A stretch of 64,000 bases of DNA, taken from positions 21,987-85,986 of the forward strand of contig WQWY01000002.1 of NCBI GenBank assembly GCA_009785115.1, read 5' to 3'. Below are positions 1 through 11,067 of the stretch, one piece after another. A program made the position numbers and the translations under genes. Numbering within the stretch: position 1 is the stretch's first letter; each line of letters begins with the position of its first letter. This stretch comes from Micrococcales bacterium. GTDB taxonomy: Bacteria > Actinomycetota > Actinomycetes > Actinomycetales > Cellulomonadaceae. The notes under the pieces were generated by a model, which saw only the letters and a program-made list of their open reading frames with translations, ran no database searches and was not told the DNA's origin.

Positions 1-15
1 GATCAGCACCGAGGG

Positions 16-768
16 GTGAGACCGCTGCACCCCTCTGTCGAACCGCCGCCGTCTCCTAGGAGATCGACGTCCCCGCCCATGAGGTCGACGCCCCAGCCCG
101 CGAGGCCGTTGCGCGTGGTCGTCGCGGAGGACTCGGTGATCCTCCGCGACGGCCTCGTCGCGCTCTTGGGACGTCGCGGGCACACCGTCGTCGCCGAGGT
201 GGGCGACGGTGAGGCGCTCGTGCGCGAGGTGTCCCGGCTCGTAGAGGACGGCGAGCCCCCGGACGTCGTCGTCGCTGACATCCGCATGCCTCCGTCGCAC
301 ACCGACGAGGGCCTGCGTGCGGTGCTGACGCTGCGTGAGGCGCACCCCGCGCTGGCCGTCCTGCTGTTCTCCCAGCACGTCGAGACGCGCTACGCCTCGC
401 AGCTGTTGGCCGGGGGAGCGCAGGGTGTGGGCTACCTGCTCAAGGACCGGGTGGCGGACGTGGGCGACTTCCTCGACGCGCTCGCGAACGTGGCCGCCGG
501 GCAGACGGTGCTCGACCCCGAGGTGGTGACCCAGCTGCTAGGCGCCCGCCAGCGAGAGTCTGGTCTGGAGCGCCTGACCCCGCGCGAGCGCGAGGTGCTC
601 GAGCTCATGGCCCAAGGCCGCTCCAACGGCGCCATCGCTGAGACCCTGTTCCTCTCCTACGGCGCCGTAGAGAAGAACATCGCCTCGATCTTCACCAAGC
701 TCGACCTGGAACCCGACGCCGCCGACCACCGCCGCGTCCTCGCCGTCCTCCGCTACCTCGACCCCTGA
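16..768 (+). CDS. NarL/LuxR-family two-component response regulator (REC + LuxR HTH)
   Basis: REC core (LRVVVAEDSVILRDGL...VVVADIRMPP) and C-terminal LuxR HTH (LTPREREVLELMAQGRSNGAIAETLFLSYGAVEKNI). GTG16 overlaps TGA17-19 (GTGA), as if coupled to an upstream kinase gene cut by the window edge. ATG79 is an alternative start. Confidence 0.85.
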   Translation: MRPLHPSVEPPPSPRRSTSPPMRSTPQPARPLRVVVAEDSVILRDGLVALLGRRGHTVVAEVGDGEALVREVSRLVEDGEPPDVVVADIRMPPSHTDEGLRAVLTLREAHPALAVLLFSQHVETRYASQLLAGGAQGVGYLLKDRVADVGDFLDALANVAAGQTVLDPEVVTQLLGARQRESGLERLTPREREVLELMAQGRSNGAIAETLFLSYGAVEKNIASIFTKLDLEPDAADHRRVLAVLRYLDP

Positions 769-883
769 TCCCGACGGCCGGTCGCCGTTGGGCCGCTCTC
801 GCACCAGATAGACGGTCGCGTGCGTCTCACCGTCAGGCTCGATAGCCCGTGGGGTGTCGCTGGTGGAGGGAGTATCGCAAGAG

Positions 884-913
884 CATGTAAACATCGTGTA
901 CCATGTGGACATG
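884..913. promoter_or_regulatory. Operator-like CATGT..ACATG half-palindromes in the AT-richer stretch in front of the RHH antitoxin gene
   Basis: catgtaaacat (884-894) and catgtggacatg (902-913, overlapping ATG911). Local drop in GC. Typical position for TA autoregulation. Confidence 0.25.
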
Positions 914-1192
914 ACGGCGACTCTGGGACGTCCGATCTCCGTGCGACTGCCTGACGACCTTCGCGACCGGGTGGCGGCGCTGGCCAAGGCGACGCGCCGA
1001 AGCCAGGGCGACGTGGTGCGTGAGGTTCTCGAACGTGACCTACCGGCCCTGGAGTGGGAGCAGCGGATCGCCGACCGTGCCCGAGACCACCGCGCGGGTA
1101 CGGACGCTGCCGTCCCCGCTGCCGAGGTCGACCGGCTCCTCGGGCTCGAAGGCGAAGCCCCGGCTGACGGAGCGCTGGACTCGATCTCGTGA
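911..1192 (+). CDS. Ribbon-helix-helix (CopG/RelB/ParD-like) type II antitoxin
   Basis: MTATLGRPISVRLPDDLRDRVAALAKATRRSQGDVVREVLERDL is an RHH motif. The stop overlaps the start of the downstream toxin (GTGA at 1189-1192). The track ORF starts at 854, but ATG911 fits the domain better. Confidence 0.7.
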   Translation: MTATLGRPISVRLPDDLRDRVAALAKATRRSQGDVVREVLERDLPALEWEQRIADRARDHRAGTDAAVPAAEVDRLLGLEGEAPADGALDSIS

Positions 1193-1455
1193 CGTCCTGG
1201 CAGCTCGAGTACGCACCCGAGGTCGTCCGTTGGCTCCAGAAGGCTGACCGGCCTACGGCTCGCCGCGTCCGCGACGCCCTCACCGCTGTCGTCGATACCG
1301 GAGACCCCCGGTGCCGTGGGAAAGCGCTCACGGGTTCGCTGAGCGGCCTGTGGCGATACCGGGTCGGGGCCTACAGGATCATCTGCGACATCCAGGACAC
1401 CCGTCTGGTCGTGCTTGTCCTCGACGCAGGCAACCGAGACCACATCTACGGCTGA
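1189..1455 (+). CDS. RelE/ParE-family type II toxin
   Basis: 88 aa; ...LSGLWRYRVGAYRIICDIQDTRLVVLVLDAGNRDHIY is the RelE/ParE C-terminal signature. 4-bp overlap with the antitoxin. Confidence 0.8.
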   Translation: MTSWQLEYAPEVVRWLQKADRPTARRVRDALTAVVDTGDPRCRGKALTGSLSGLWRYRVGAYRIICDIQDTRLVVLVLDAGNRDHIYG

Positions 1456-1512
1456 GAAGTCGACAGCCTTGCAGGCCCGTGCCCGGAGGCGGGGACAGGC
1501 GTCGGTCATGGG

Positions 1513-1585
1513 TAGGCCCCGTGGGACTCGAACCCACAACCCACGGATTAAAAGTCCGTTGCTCTGCCAGTTGAGCTAGAGGCCC
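1513..1585 (-). tRNA. tRNA-Lys (anticodon UUU)
   Basis: The reverse complement folds as a 73-nt cloverleaf: acceptor GGGCCTC/GGGGCCT, D arm GCTC-AACTGGCA-GAGC, anticodon arm ACGGA-CTTTTAA-TCCGT, T arm GTGGG-TTCGAGT-CCCAC. CCA is not encoded. Confidence 0.9.
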
Positions 1586-1635
1586 ACTACGCGGAGGGGG
1601 TCCGCGTGGGCAGGACGAGAGTACCGGAGCGGGGG

Positions 1636-1836
1636 TCAGGAGAGGGCTGCGGCGATCTTCTCGAGGGTGGACCAGCTGTGGGCGGTGGCGGTGACCAGGA
1701 CGTTGCCGCTCTGGCCGATGGTCTGCACGTCGGTGAAGCCCGCGTCGGTCAGGGCGGCGCGCAGCCCGGCCATGGGTACGCGGTTGCGAGTGCCGACGTT
1801 GATGCCCCGAGGCAAGATCACGAGCCGTCGGGCCAC
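1636..1836 (-). pseudogene. Truncated DUF1697-family gene (N-terminal ~60 aa only)
   Basis: MARRLVILPRGINVGTRNRVPMAGLRAALTDAGFTDVQTIGQSGNV matches the DUF1697 N-terminus, and a strong RBS (GGGAGGA) precedes the GTG. The ORF stops after 66 aa, whereas I recall family members being about 180 aa. Only 50 nt remain before tRNA-Lys. Confidence 0.6.
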
Positions 1837-1869
1837 AGGTCCTCCCTCAGCGTGACGGTGCGCAGGGGC

Positions 1870-2991
1870 TCACTCCCAGCGGAAGAGGCGGAACGCCAGG
1901 AGGTACATCACCACGGACCAGCCGGCGATGAGGCCCAGCTGGGGTGCCACGGTGACGAGGCTGGCGTTCTCGGTCGTGATGAAGCGGATGCCGTCGACCA
2001 CGGGGGTCAGGGGCAGCCAGGTGGTGACGGACTGCAACCACTCGGGCATCAGGAAGCGAGGGAAGAAGGCCCCGGAGAGGAACATCATCGGGAAGGCGAC
2101 GATGTTGGTCAGGGGTGCGGCCTGGTTCTCGTTCTTCGCCCAGCCGCCGACCAGCAGGCCGAAGCCGATCATCAGCAGCAGGGAGGCGGAGACGAAGACG
2201 GCGAAGGTGAGCCAGTTCCCCCGCATGTCGAAGCCGAAGACGGTCAACCCGACGATGATCATCACGACGAGCGAGATCACGCCGAGGACGAAGAACTGCA
2301 GCCCGGTCCCGATCAGCAGCTTCGGTGCCTGGAACGGGGTGGCCCGGATGCGTCGCAGCGCTCCCTGCTTCTTGGCGGCAGGCAGGGCGTTCGCCAGGCC
2401 GAACACCCCCAGGGACAGGATGGAGAAGCCGAGCAGCCCGGAGAAGGTGTAGTCGAACTGGGTCAGCCCCGCGGTCGCGGTGGGCTCCTGCTGGACCGTG
2501 AGCGGGTCGACGAAGCCGGTGGTCTCCCTGTTGATGCCGTCGGTGATCGAGCGCATCACCGCCGCGACGGTCTGGCCGGCCTGGGGGCTCGACTCCTGGT
2601 AGAACACGATCATCTCGCCCGACGGCGCGTGGATCGTCTCGCCCGCCGACGTGAGGATGCCGCTCACCGGTGCGATCTCACCGAACCCCGAGGTCAGCTC
2701 GATGATCGAGTCGAGCTGACCACGCTCCATCTGCGTCTTGGCGTCGTCGTAGGACTCGACGTCGATCACGGTGAACAGGTCCGCGTCGTGCATCTGGTCC
2801 TGGAACTGCTGGGCGAACTCGGTGCCGGCGCGGTCGATCACCGCCACCCGGAAGTTCGTCTCGGTGTTGCGGAAGATCGACCCGAACACCACGAGGAAGA
2901 TCAAGGGGAGCGCGATGACGAAGAACATCGCGACCGGGTCGCGGAAGAACGCGCGGATCTGCGTGGCGGCGTAGGTGCCTATGGCTCTCAT
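1870..2991 (-). CDS. ABC-2 type transporter permease
   Basis: 373 aa with an N-terminal TM, a large extracytoplasmic loop, then 5 C-terminal TM segments. Sits immediately downstream of an ABC ATPase gene with a 2-nt gap. Confidence 0.85.
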   Translation of the reverse strand: MRAIGTYAATQIRAFFRDPVAMFFVIALPLIFLVVFGSIFRNTETNFRVAVIDRAGTEFAQQFQDQMHDADLFTVIDVESYDDAKTQMERGQLDSIIELTSGFGEIAPVSGILTSAGETIHAPSGEMIVFYQESSPQAGQTVAAVMRSITDGINRETTGFVDPLTVQQEPTATAGLTQFDYTFSGLLGFSILSLGVFGLANALPAAKKQGALRRIRATPFQAPKLLIGTGLQFFVLGVISLVVMIIVGLTVFGFDMRGNWLTFAVFVSASLLLMIGFGLLVGGWAKNENQAAPLTNIVAFPMMFLSGAFFPRFLMPEWLQSVTTWLPLTPVVDGIRFITTENASLVTVAPQLGLIAGWSVVMYLLAFRLFRWE

Positions 2992-2993
2992 CG

Positions 2994-3821
2994 TCAGTCA
3001 CGCAGCCCTTTCCCGGTGAGGTCGATGTAGACGTCCTCCAGGTCGGCCCGCTCGACCGACGCCGCCTTGCTGAAACCACGGTCCAGCAGGTCGGAGATCA
3101 TCTGCGCCGGGGAGTCCAGCGCGATGATCTTCCCGCTGTCCATGATCGCCAGGCGGTCGCAGAGGGTCTGCGCCTCTTCCATGTAGTGCGAGGTCAGCAC
3201 GATGGTGATGCCCCGGGCACGGATGTCGCGCACCAGGTCCCACAGGTGGCGCCGGGCCTGGGGGTCCAGGCCGGTGGTCGGCTCGTCCAGGAACAGCACC
3301 CGCGGGGTGTTGATCATCGCGGTGGCGATGGAGAACCGCTGCCGCTGCCCGCCGGACAGCTTCTCGGGGTACGCCTTGGCCTTCTCGACCAGGTCGACCG
3401 CGCCCAGCAGCTCCATCGGGTCGACCTTGACCCCGTAGAACGACGCGAACATGCGGATCTGCTCGGTCAGGGTGATCTTCTCGAAGAAGGTCGAGGACTG
3501 CAGCTGGATACCGATGATCGAACGGACCTTCTGCGGCTGACGCGCCACGTCGATGCCGTCGACGCTCACCGTGCCCTCGTCGATGGGGCGCAGCGCCTCG
3601 ATCATCTCCAGCGTGGTGGTCTTGCCCGCGCCGTTCGGGCCGAGGATGCCGAAGATCTCCCCCTCGCGCACCGTGAGGTCGATGTGGTCCACCACAGCCA
3701 CGCCGTCGTACGACTTCGTCAGGCCACGCACGACGATGATGTCGTCCGTGGTGCCGGTCGTCTCGTCTGGCGCCGGTTCGGTCGGCCCGGTCTTCTCGTC
3801 CGGCACAGGCTCGGTCGACAT
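2994..3821 (-). CDS. ABC transporter ATP-binding protein (DrrA/ABC-2 type)
   Basis: Walker A GPNGAGKTT, signature LSGGQRQR, Walker B LFLDEPTTGLD. ATG at 3821 is preceded by a GGAGGAGAGCC RBS. The upstream part of the track ORF (to 4439) is antisense to vsr and not credible. Confidence 0.9.
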   Translation of the reverse strand: MSTEPVPDEKTGPTEPAPDETTGTTDDIIVVRGLTKSYDGVAVVDHIDLTVREGEIFGILGPNGAGKTTTLEMIEALRPIDEGTVSVDGIDVARQPQKVRSIIGIQLQSSTFFEKITLTEQIRMFASFYGVKVDPMELLGAVDLVEKAKAYPEKLSGGQRQRFSIATAMINTPRVLFLDEPTTGLDPQARRHLWDLVRDIRARGITIVLTSHYMEEAQTLCDRLAIMDSGKIIALDSPAQMISDLLDRGFSKAASVERADLEDVYIDLTGKGLRD

Positions 3822-3884
3822 CGGCTCTCCTCCGCATAGGGACGGCTCCCCGCCAAACTGTGCCACACCCTCCGCCCGTCGCCG

Positions 3885-4382
3885 GTGCGCCGGGCCTGGG
3901 TGGCGGCCGCCGGAACCACGGTGAGCCAGACTGTGCCCATGGCCGTCGAGCCTCCGGTCCCGCAGCACGTCCCCGCGCACCCAGGCGCGTCGTCGCCTGC
4001 CGTGTCGCGCCGCATGAGCACGGCCAAGCGCCGCGACACCGCCGCCGAGCTGGCGCTGCGGCAGCTGCTGCACGCGCAGGGTCTGCGCTACCGGGTCGCC
4101 TACCCCGTCCCCGGGCAGCGCCGCCGCACCATCGATGTGGCCTTCACCAGGGCGAGGGTCGCGGTGTTCGTCGACGGGTGCTTCTGGCACGGGTGCCCCG
4201 AGCACGGAACCCGGCCCCGGTCGAACAGCGACTGGTGGACGACGAAGCTCGCCGCGAACCGCGCCCGCGACCTCGACACCGACCGTCTGCTCGGCGAGCT
4301 CGGCTGGACGGTCGTGCGCGTCTGGGAGCACGAGGAGCCCGACGCGGCCGCGCTGCGCGTGCGCCAGGCGATCACCCGGTGA
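3885..4382 (+). CDS. vsr: Very-short-patch repair endonuclease (Vsr family)
   Basis: MSTAKRRDTAAELALRQLLHAQGLRYRV...VAVFVDGCFWHGCPEHGTRPRSNSDWWTTKLAANRARDLDTDRLLGELGWTVVRVWEHE aligns to the E. coli Vsr motifs (DTxxE, FVDGCFWH, W...K...N..RD, GW.V..WE). Start uncertain (3885 or ATG3939). Confidence 0.85.
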   Translation: MRRAWVAAAGTTVSQTVPMAVEPPVPQHVPAHPGASSPAVSRRMSTAKRRDTAAELALRQLLHAQGLRYRVAYPVPGQRRRTIDVAFTRARVAVFVDGCFWHGCPEHGTRPRSNSDWWTTKLAANRARDLDTDRLLGELGWTVVRVWEHEEPDAAALRVRQAITR

Positions 4383-4437
4383 CGTGTCACGCCGTGGCGC
4401 TCCTGCGTCTGCGGGCGGGGAGGGCCAGACTGGGGCC

Positions 4438-5997
4438 ATGTCCAGCGAGACCGATCTCGTCGCCGTCGAGGACGATCTCGACGCGACCTTCGCCGCCTAT
4501 GTCGGCGCGGGCCACGCACCCGGTCTCGTCTACGGGCTGGTCGGGCCGGAGGGCCTGACCCACAGCCTCGGGGTGGGGTGTGCTGATGACAGCGGGCGCC
4601 TCCTGGACGAGCGCACGCGCTTCCCGGTCGCGTCGATCTCCAAGGGCATGACCGGCGCGATGCTGCTGATCTGCCGCGAACGCGGTCTGCTCGGGCTGGA
4701 CGACCCGATCACCGCCTGGGTGCCCGAGCTGCGCCTGACCGGCCCGGGTGCTGGTGGGCTGGGTGCGGACGGGTTGGATACGGTCGACCCGCCGACCCTG
4801 CGCCAGCTGGCGTCCATGTCGGGAGGGCTCACCGAGGACAACTCCTGGACCGACGTGCAGATCGACATGGCGCCCGAGACGCTGGCCGCACGGCTGGCCG
4901 CCGGGGTGCGTCTGACCGGTGCGCCGGGTGTCGCCTTCGACTATGCCAACCTCGGCTACGCGCTGCTCCAGCTGGCTGTCGAACGGGCCGCCGGCGAGCC
5001 CTTCGGGCCTCTGGTCACGGCCGAGCTGTTCGAGCCGCTGGGCCTGGCCGACACGTCCTTCTCGCCGACCTCGCACGGGGTCGAGCGGCTGGCTGTCGGC
5101 CATGTCCGTGACGAGGGGCGCTGGGTGGGGTTGCCTCCGCTGGAGGCCCGCGCGTTCGCGGGGGCCGCCGGTGCGGTCTCCAGCGTCGCTGACCTCGCCC
5201 GCTGGGTGGCCTGGCTGGCCGACGGGTTCGCCACCGACGGGCCGGATCGCGGGCCGCTGCGACGCGCGGCCCGCCGGGAGCTCCAGCGCGTCGAGACCGT
5301 CATCCCGCCCCAGGTCTCCGCCCAGCCTGAGGGGACCTGGGCGTTCCAGGTGGCTGGTTACGGGCTCGGGCTGGTGGTCGAGCACGACCTGCGCCACGGG
5401 GTGGTCGTCTCTCACACCGGCGGCCTGCCCGGGTACCGGCTGCACGTGCGGTGGCACGCGTCCGGTCTGGGCCTGGTGGTCGCGACCACCTCCCACCGTG
5501 GCGACCCGATCACGCTGGCCGTGCGGGCTCTCTCCCGGCTGCTCGTCGCCCGCGACGTGCCGGCCCGCACGGTGCGGCTGTGGCCGGAGACGGTCGCCGC
5601 TCGCCGCGATGTCGAGCTGTTGGTACGAGGCTGGGACGACGCGGTGGCCTCACGGCTGTTCGCCGAGAACGTCGAGGTCGACCGTCCGCTGCTCGAGCGT
5701 CGGGCGCAGATCGAGCGGCTGGTGGCCGAGGTCGGCCCGCTGCGCGACCCGCTGCCCGCCGCCGACGTGATCGGTGCGGCCTCGCCCGCCGAGGTGACCT
5801 GGTCGATCCCCGGGGAGCGTGGCGAGCTGGTCTGCATGGTGCACCTCACCGGTACCGAGCCGCCGGCCGTCCAGGAGATGGTGGTGCGTGCTCGCGTCGG
5901 TGGTGCTGCTCGGTCAGGTGCGCCGGGTGACGTCTCCGAGCGGCGCTCGTCAGGCCCGAGCCTGACGGCTCAGAAGTACCTCCAGGTGGTGACCTGA
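4438..5997 (+). CDS. Serine hydrolase, beta-lactamase/PBP4-like (class C fold) with ~140-aa C-terminal extension
   Basis: SxxK motif ASISKGMTG near the N-terminus, and the overall pattern is beta-lactamase-family. ATG4438 chosen; the track ORF from 4135 overlaps vsr in another frame. Confidence 0.8.
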   Translation: MSSETDLVAVEDDLDATFAAYVGAGHAPGLVYGLVGPEGLTHSLGVGCADDSGRLLDERTRFPVASISKGMTGAMLLICRERGLLGLDDPITAWVPELRLTGPGAGGLGADGLDTVDPPTLRQLASMSGGLTEDNSWTDVQIDMAPETLAARLAAGVRLTGAPGVAFDYANLGYALLQLAVERAAGEPFGPLVTAELFEPLGLADTSFSPTSHGVERLAVGHVRDEGRWVGLPPLEARAFAGAAGAVSSVADLARWVAWLADGFATDGPDRGPLRRAARRELQRVETVIPPQVSAQPEGTWAFQVAGYGLGLVVEHDLRHGVVVSHTGGLPGYRLHVRWHASGLGLVVATTSHRGDPITLAVRALSRLLVARDVPARTVRLWPETVAARRDVELLVRGWDDAVASRLFAENVEVDRPLLERRAQIERLVAEVGPLRDPLPAADVIGAASPAEVTWSIPGERGELVCMVHLTGTEPPAVQEMVVRARVGGAARSGAPGDVSERRSSGPSLTAQKYLQVVT

Positions 5998-6199
5998 TGG
6001 CGGACGTGTGCCTGCCGGGCGAGGTCGTAGGACGGCTGTCGAGCGAGGCGGGAGGTGGTGAGGCCCAGCGCGGTGCGGTGTGTCCGTCCCTCGCCCGCGG
6101 GCCTCGCAGACGCTGTAGCATTCGGCTGTTCGTGCGAATCGCCCTGTTTCGTCCTTCGGTTCTACCCCGGATGAGGTACCGGGCATGGAGGATGGAGTC

Positions 6200-8513
<2,314 letters not shown>

Positions 8514-8526
8514 CCCGCAGGTCAGC

Positions 8527-8570
8527 GCTGGGCCAGGGACGAGCACAGACCGGCTCGTCCCTGGCCCAGC
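8527..8570. terminator. Bidirectional stem-loop between convergent gdhA and the DUF488 gene
   Basis: Perfect 18-bp inverted repeat GCTGGGCCAGGGACGAGC (8527-8544) / GCTCGTCCCTGGCCCAGC (8553-8570) with an 8-nt loop. Confidence 0.6.
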
Positions 8571-8571
8571 G

Positions 8572-8940
8572 TCACCGCGTCGGGTCGTCGTGCTCGAGCA
8601 ACCAGTCGCGGAGCACCACGGCGTGGTTCACCCGCGGGTCGCGCGCCGCGTACAGCAGCGTCACCCGCGGGTGCTCACGCCGCAGGCCCGTGAGGGTGTC
8701 GACAGCGGGGTTGTGGTCGAGCTCGGCCCGGTAGCGCTCGGTGAACTCTGCGAGGCGCTCCGGGTCGTGGCCCCACCAGGTGCGCAGCCCTGGGCTGGGC
8801 GCGACGTCCTTGAGCCAGGTGTCCAGGCTGGCCCGTTCGCGAGAGACACCGCGAGGCCAGAGCCGGTCCACGAGCACCCGGCAGCCGTCGTCCGACGCGG
8901 GCGGGTCGTAGACACGTCTGGTCCGCAGCTCTCCGGCCAT
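8572..8940 (-). CDS. DUF488 (YeaO-like) family protein
   Basis: 122 aa; RVLVDRLWPRGVSRE...WLKDVAPSPGLRTWWGHDPERLAEFTERYRAEL is the DUF488 signature. Confidence 0.75.
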   Translation of the reverse strand: MAGELRTRRVYDPPASDDGCRVLVDRLWPRGVSRERASLDTWLKDVAPSPGLRTWWGHDPERLAEFTERYRAELDHNPAVDTLTGLRREHPRVTLLYAARDPRVNHAVVLRDWLLEHDDPTR

Positions 8941-9192
8941 CGGTGCGAGGGGTCCTCTCTCGTGCTCGTCACCATCGTCGATCGGCTCAGACCGACGAGC
9001 AACTTCGTCCCCTCTCGTTCTCGACGGAACCGTCCGTCGGGGACGATCTCGAAGATCGCGGGGGCAGGCTGCCGATGGGTGACAGGTGCAGATCTCGACG
9101 GCTGCGATGACAGTCCGCCGGTGGCGTCGCTACGGCGCCGACCGCGTCTTCGGGGGTGCCGCAGCGGTGGGGGTGTGAGGGATGATGACGAG

Positions 9193-9822
9193 ATGAGCAG
9201 CGAGGGACGGCGCCCGCGTCGGCCTGGACGGCTGAGCGACCCCGAGACGATCCCGGGCGCGGTCGACCCGGCCGAGCTGACCGAGGCGGCGCACACCACG
9301 GCGCAGGCTCTCGTGCACCGGGGCAGGACGAGCCACGACCCCGAGGTCGTCGCACGGCTCGTCGCCCTGGTCGACACCGAGGGCATGGAGACCGTCGCTG
9401 AGCTGTGGGCGGGTTGCCCTCCCGACTCCTTGCCGGGCGTGCTGTGGCGGCTCTACGCGCTGCGCGCCTGGGTGCGTGCCGACGCCCGCATCGTCGCCGA
9501 CCGCTACCGGCAGGGCACGGAGGCCGCGGCGGTGCACGACGTGGTCGCGGGCGTCGCTCAGGTGCCCACCGCCCAGGACGTGCAACAGCTGGTGGACCAG
9601 GTGCTCACCGGGGTGTACACCCGTGACCTGGACGTGGCGCTGGAGCGGGCCGCGGCGTTCTGCCGGGTGGTGGCCACCGGCACGGCGTTCGACGCCGACC
9701 ATCTGGACGTCGTGGACTCCACCGGGGCGGACAGGGCCACGCGCAGCGCCTCGGCCCTGCTGCGCACCGCGGACGAGCTGGCTCGCGCGGCCGAGCTCTG
9801 GCGCTCGGGTCAGCTCGAGTAG
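9193..9822 (+). CDS. Conserved hypothetical protein (no recognisable motif)
   Basis: 209 aa from ATG9193 with protein-like composition and high GC3. The upstream 380 codons of the track ORF (from 8047) run through gdhA and the DUF488 gene and are spurious. Confidence 0.55.
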   Translation: MSSEGRRPRRPGRLSDPETIPGAVDPAELTEAAHTTAQALVHRGRTSHDPEVVARLVALVDTEGMETVAELWAGCPPDSLPGVLWRLYALRAWVRADARIVADRYRQGTEAAAVHDVVAGVAQVPTAQDVQQLVDQVLTGVYTRDLDVALERAAAFCRVVATGTAFDADHLDVVDSTGADRATRSASALLRTADELARAAELWRSGQLE

Positions 9823-9823
9823 A

Positions 9824-9934
9824 GCGTGTCTCATCACCCCGTGTGCGAGCGTGCCGGACCTGCCGCAGCGTGCGCGGGGTCATGAGACACGCCCGAGAGG
9901 CGAGCGGGGACGCCGGGCCGGGAGCGCCTCTCGG
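9824..9934. terminator. Two consecutive long hairpins in a convergent intergenic region
   Basis: Hairpin 1: GCGTGTCTCATCACCCCG (9824-9841) / CGGGGTCATGAGACACGC (9875-9892), 17 of 18 bp. Hairpin 2: CCGAGAGGCG (9893-9902) / CGCCTCTCGG (9925-9934). Begins 2 nt after the stop codon. Confidence 0.4.
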
Positions 9935-10101
9935 CGCGTGGCCGCTCGAAGCGGCTGGGATTGGAGCCCGGGGCTACCGCGACCCGGCGTCGACGACCAG
10001 TGTACGGCGCCCTCCGTCCCCACCGGCTCGCGATACCCCCTCTGGCGGTCGGTGCGGGGCTCCGCCGCGTCGGGCTCCCGACGAGGTGGCGGGGAGCGAG
10101 G

Positions 10102-11067
10102 TCAGGCCTGGGGGTCGAAGGACTGGGCGGCGACGACGCGCGGCCCCTTCGAGGTCTGGGCGACGTGGGCGACCAGGGCGTGCCCGGGGCGCAGGAAGGG
10201 GTCGGCGGACGGCAGGGAGTCCGCGACGGGGCGGGAGGCGTGGGCGGCCAGCACGTCGAGCACGGTGGGCAGCACCGGACGGTGGGTGCACAGCAGGGAG
10301 TCCTCGCCGGCGGTCAGCAGCCGTTGGACCTCGGCGGCGACCTGTGCGGGAGACTGCGCGTGGGCCTTCTCGGTGAGCTGGTCGCTGACCTGCGCGCTCA
10401 GCCCGCTGGCGCGCGTGTACGGCTGCACCGTCTGCAGGCAGCGCTCCCAGCGGCTGGTCACCACCTGCGACACACCGAAGGCCGACGCCAACGGTGCCAG
10501 CGCCGACGCCTGGGTCTGGCCCACGGGGGTCAGCGGGCGGTCTTGCTCGGTGCCTGACCAGGCGGCGCGTTTGCGGGCACGCCCGTGGCGGACGACCATC
10601 AGCGCCCTGGTGGCCAGCGTCCCGTCACGGTGAGCGTCGTCCAGGGCTCGCAACGGCTCGCGGTCGGAGCGCCGGGTGAGCCTGCGGGCGGCCTCGTCGG
10701 TGCCGAACCACTGCACGTCGTCGATCTCGTCGGTGCCGGTGCGGGGCACCGGGGTGCGGGCGGCCATCGCCGCGTCGCAGCGCCCGGCGACCTGAGCGGC
10801 CCAGTAGTGCACCTGCTTGGGCTGCCCGCTCGCCATGTACGACAGCCCGGGCAGCGGGACGCCGAGCACGACGTCCAGCCCGGTCTCCTCGCCGACCTCG
10901 CGTATCGCGGTCGCGACCAGCGACTCCCCGGGCTCTACCTTGCCTTTCGGCCACGACCAGTCCTTGTAGCGGGGGCGGTGCACCAGGGCGACCTGGAGGT
11001 GCCCGGTGCGCACGCGCCAGACCAGGGCCCCCGCCGCGCGCACGACCCCGTTCGTCGGGGCGCTCAC
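10102..11067 (-). CDS. mutT1: Nudix hydrolase fused to a histidine-phosphatase (SixA-like) domain, MutT1-type
   Basis: Nudix box [28 protein letters not shown], then RHG-type phosphatase motif [10 protein letters not shown]. The GTG start overlaps the ppk1 stop (GTGA at 11064-11067). Same architecture and neighbour as mycobacterial MutT1. Confidence 0.8.
   Translation of the reverse strand: MSAPTNGVVRAAGALVWRVRTGHLQVALVHRPRYKDWSWPKGKVEPGESLVATAIREVGEETGLDVVLGVPLPGLSYMASGQPKQVHYWAAQVAGRCDAAMAARTPVPRTGTDEIDDVQWFGTDEAARRLTRRSDREPLRALDDAHRDGTLATRALMVVRHGRARKRAAWSGTEQDRPLTPVGQTQASALAPLASAFGVSQVVTSRWERCLQTVQPYTRASGLSAQVSDQLTEKAHAQSPAQVAAEVQRLLTAGEDSLLCTHRPVLPTVLDVLAAHASRPVADSLPSADPFLRPGHALVAHVAQTSKGPRVVAAQSFDPQA

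Noticed and set aside
1-19. 3' end of an upstream histidine-kinase gene (…ISTEG*) overlapping the response-regulator start
   Set aside because: Only 6 codons are visible. The GTGA overlap is suggestive, but there is far too little sequence to call a feature.
1606-3030. 474-aa plus-strand ORF
   Set aside because: It is antisense to the ABC-2 permease gene. The composition is extremely Gly/Arg/Asp/His-rich and there is no motif. This is a typical shadow ORF of a high-GC genome.
3822-4439. Upstream extension of the ABC ATPase ORF (481 aa in the track)
   Set aside because: It overlaps vsr on the opposite strand. A strong RBS and ATG at 3821 give a normal-length ATPase.
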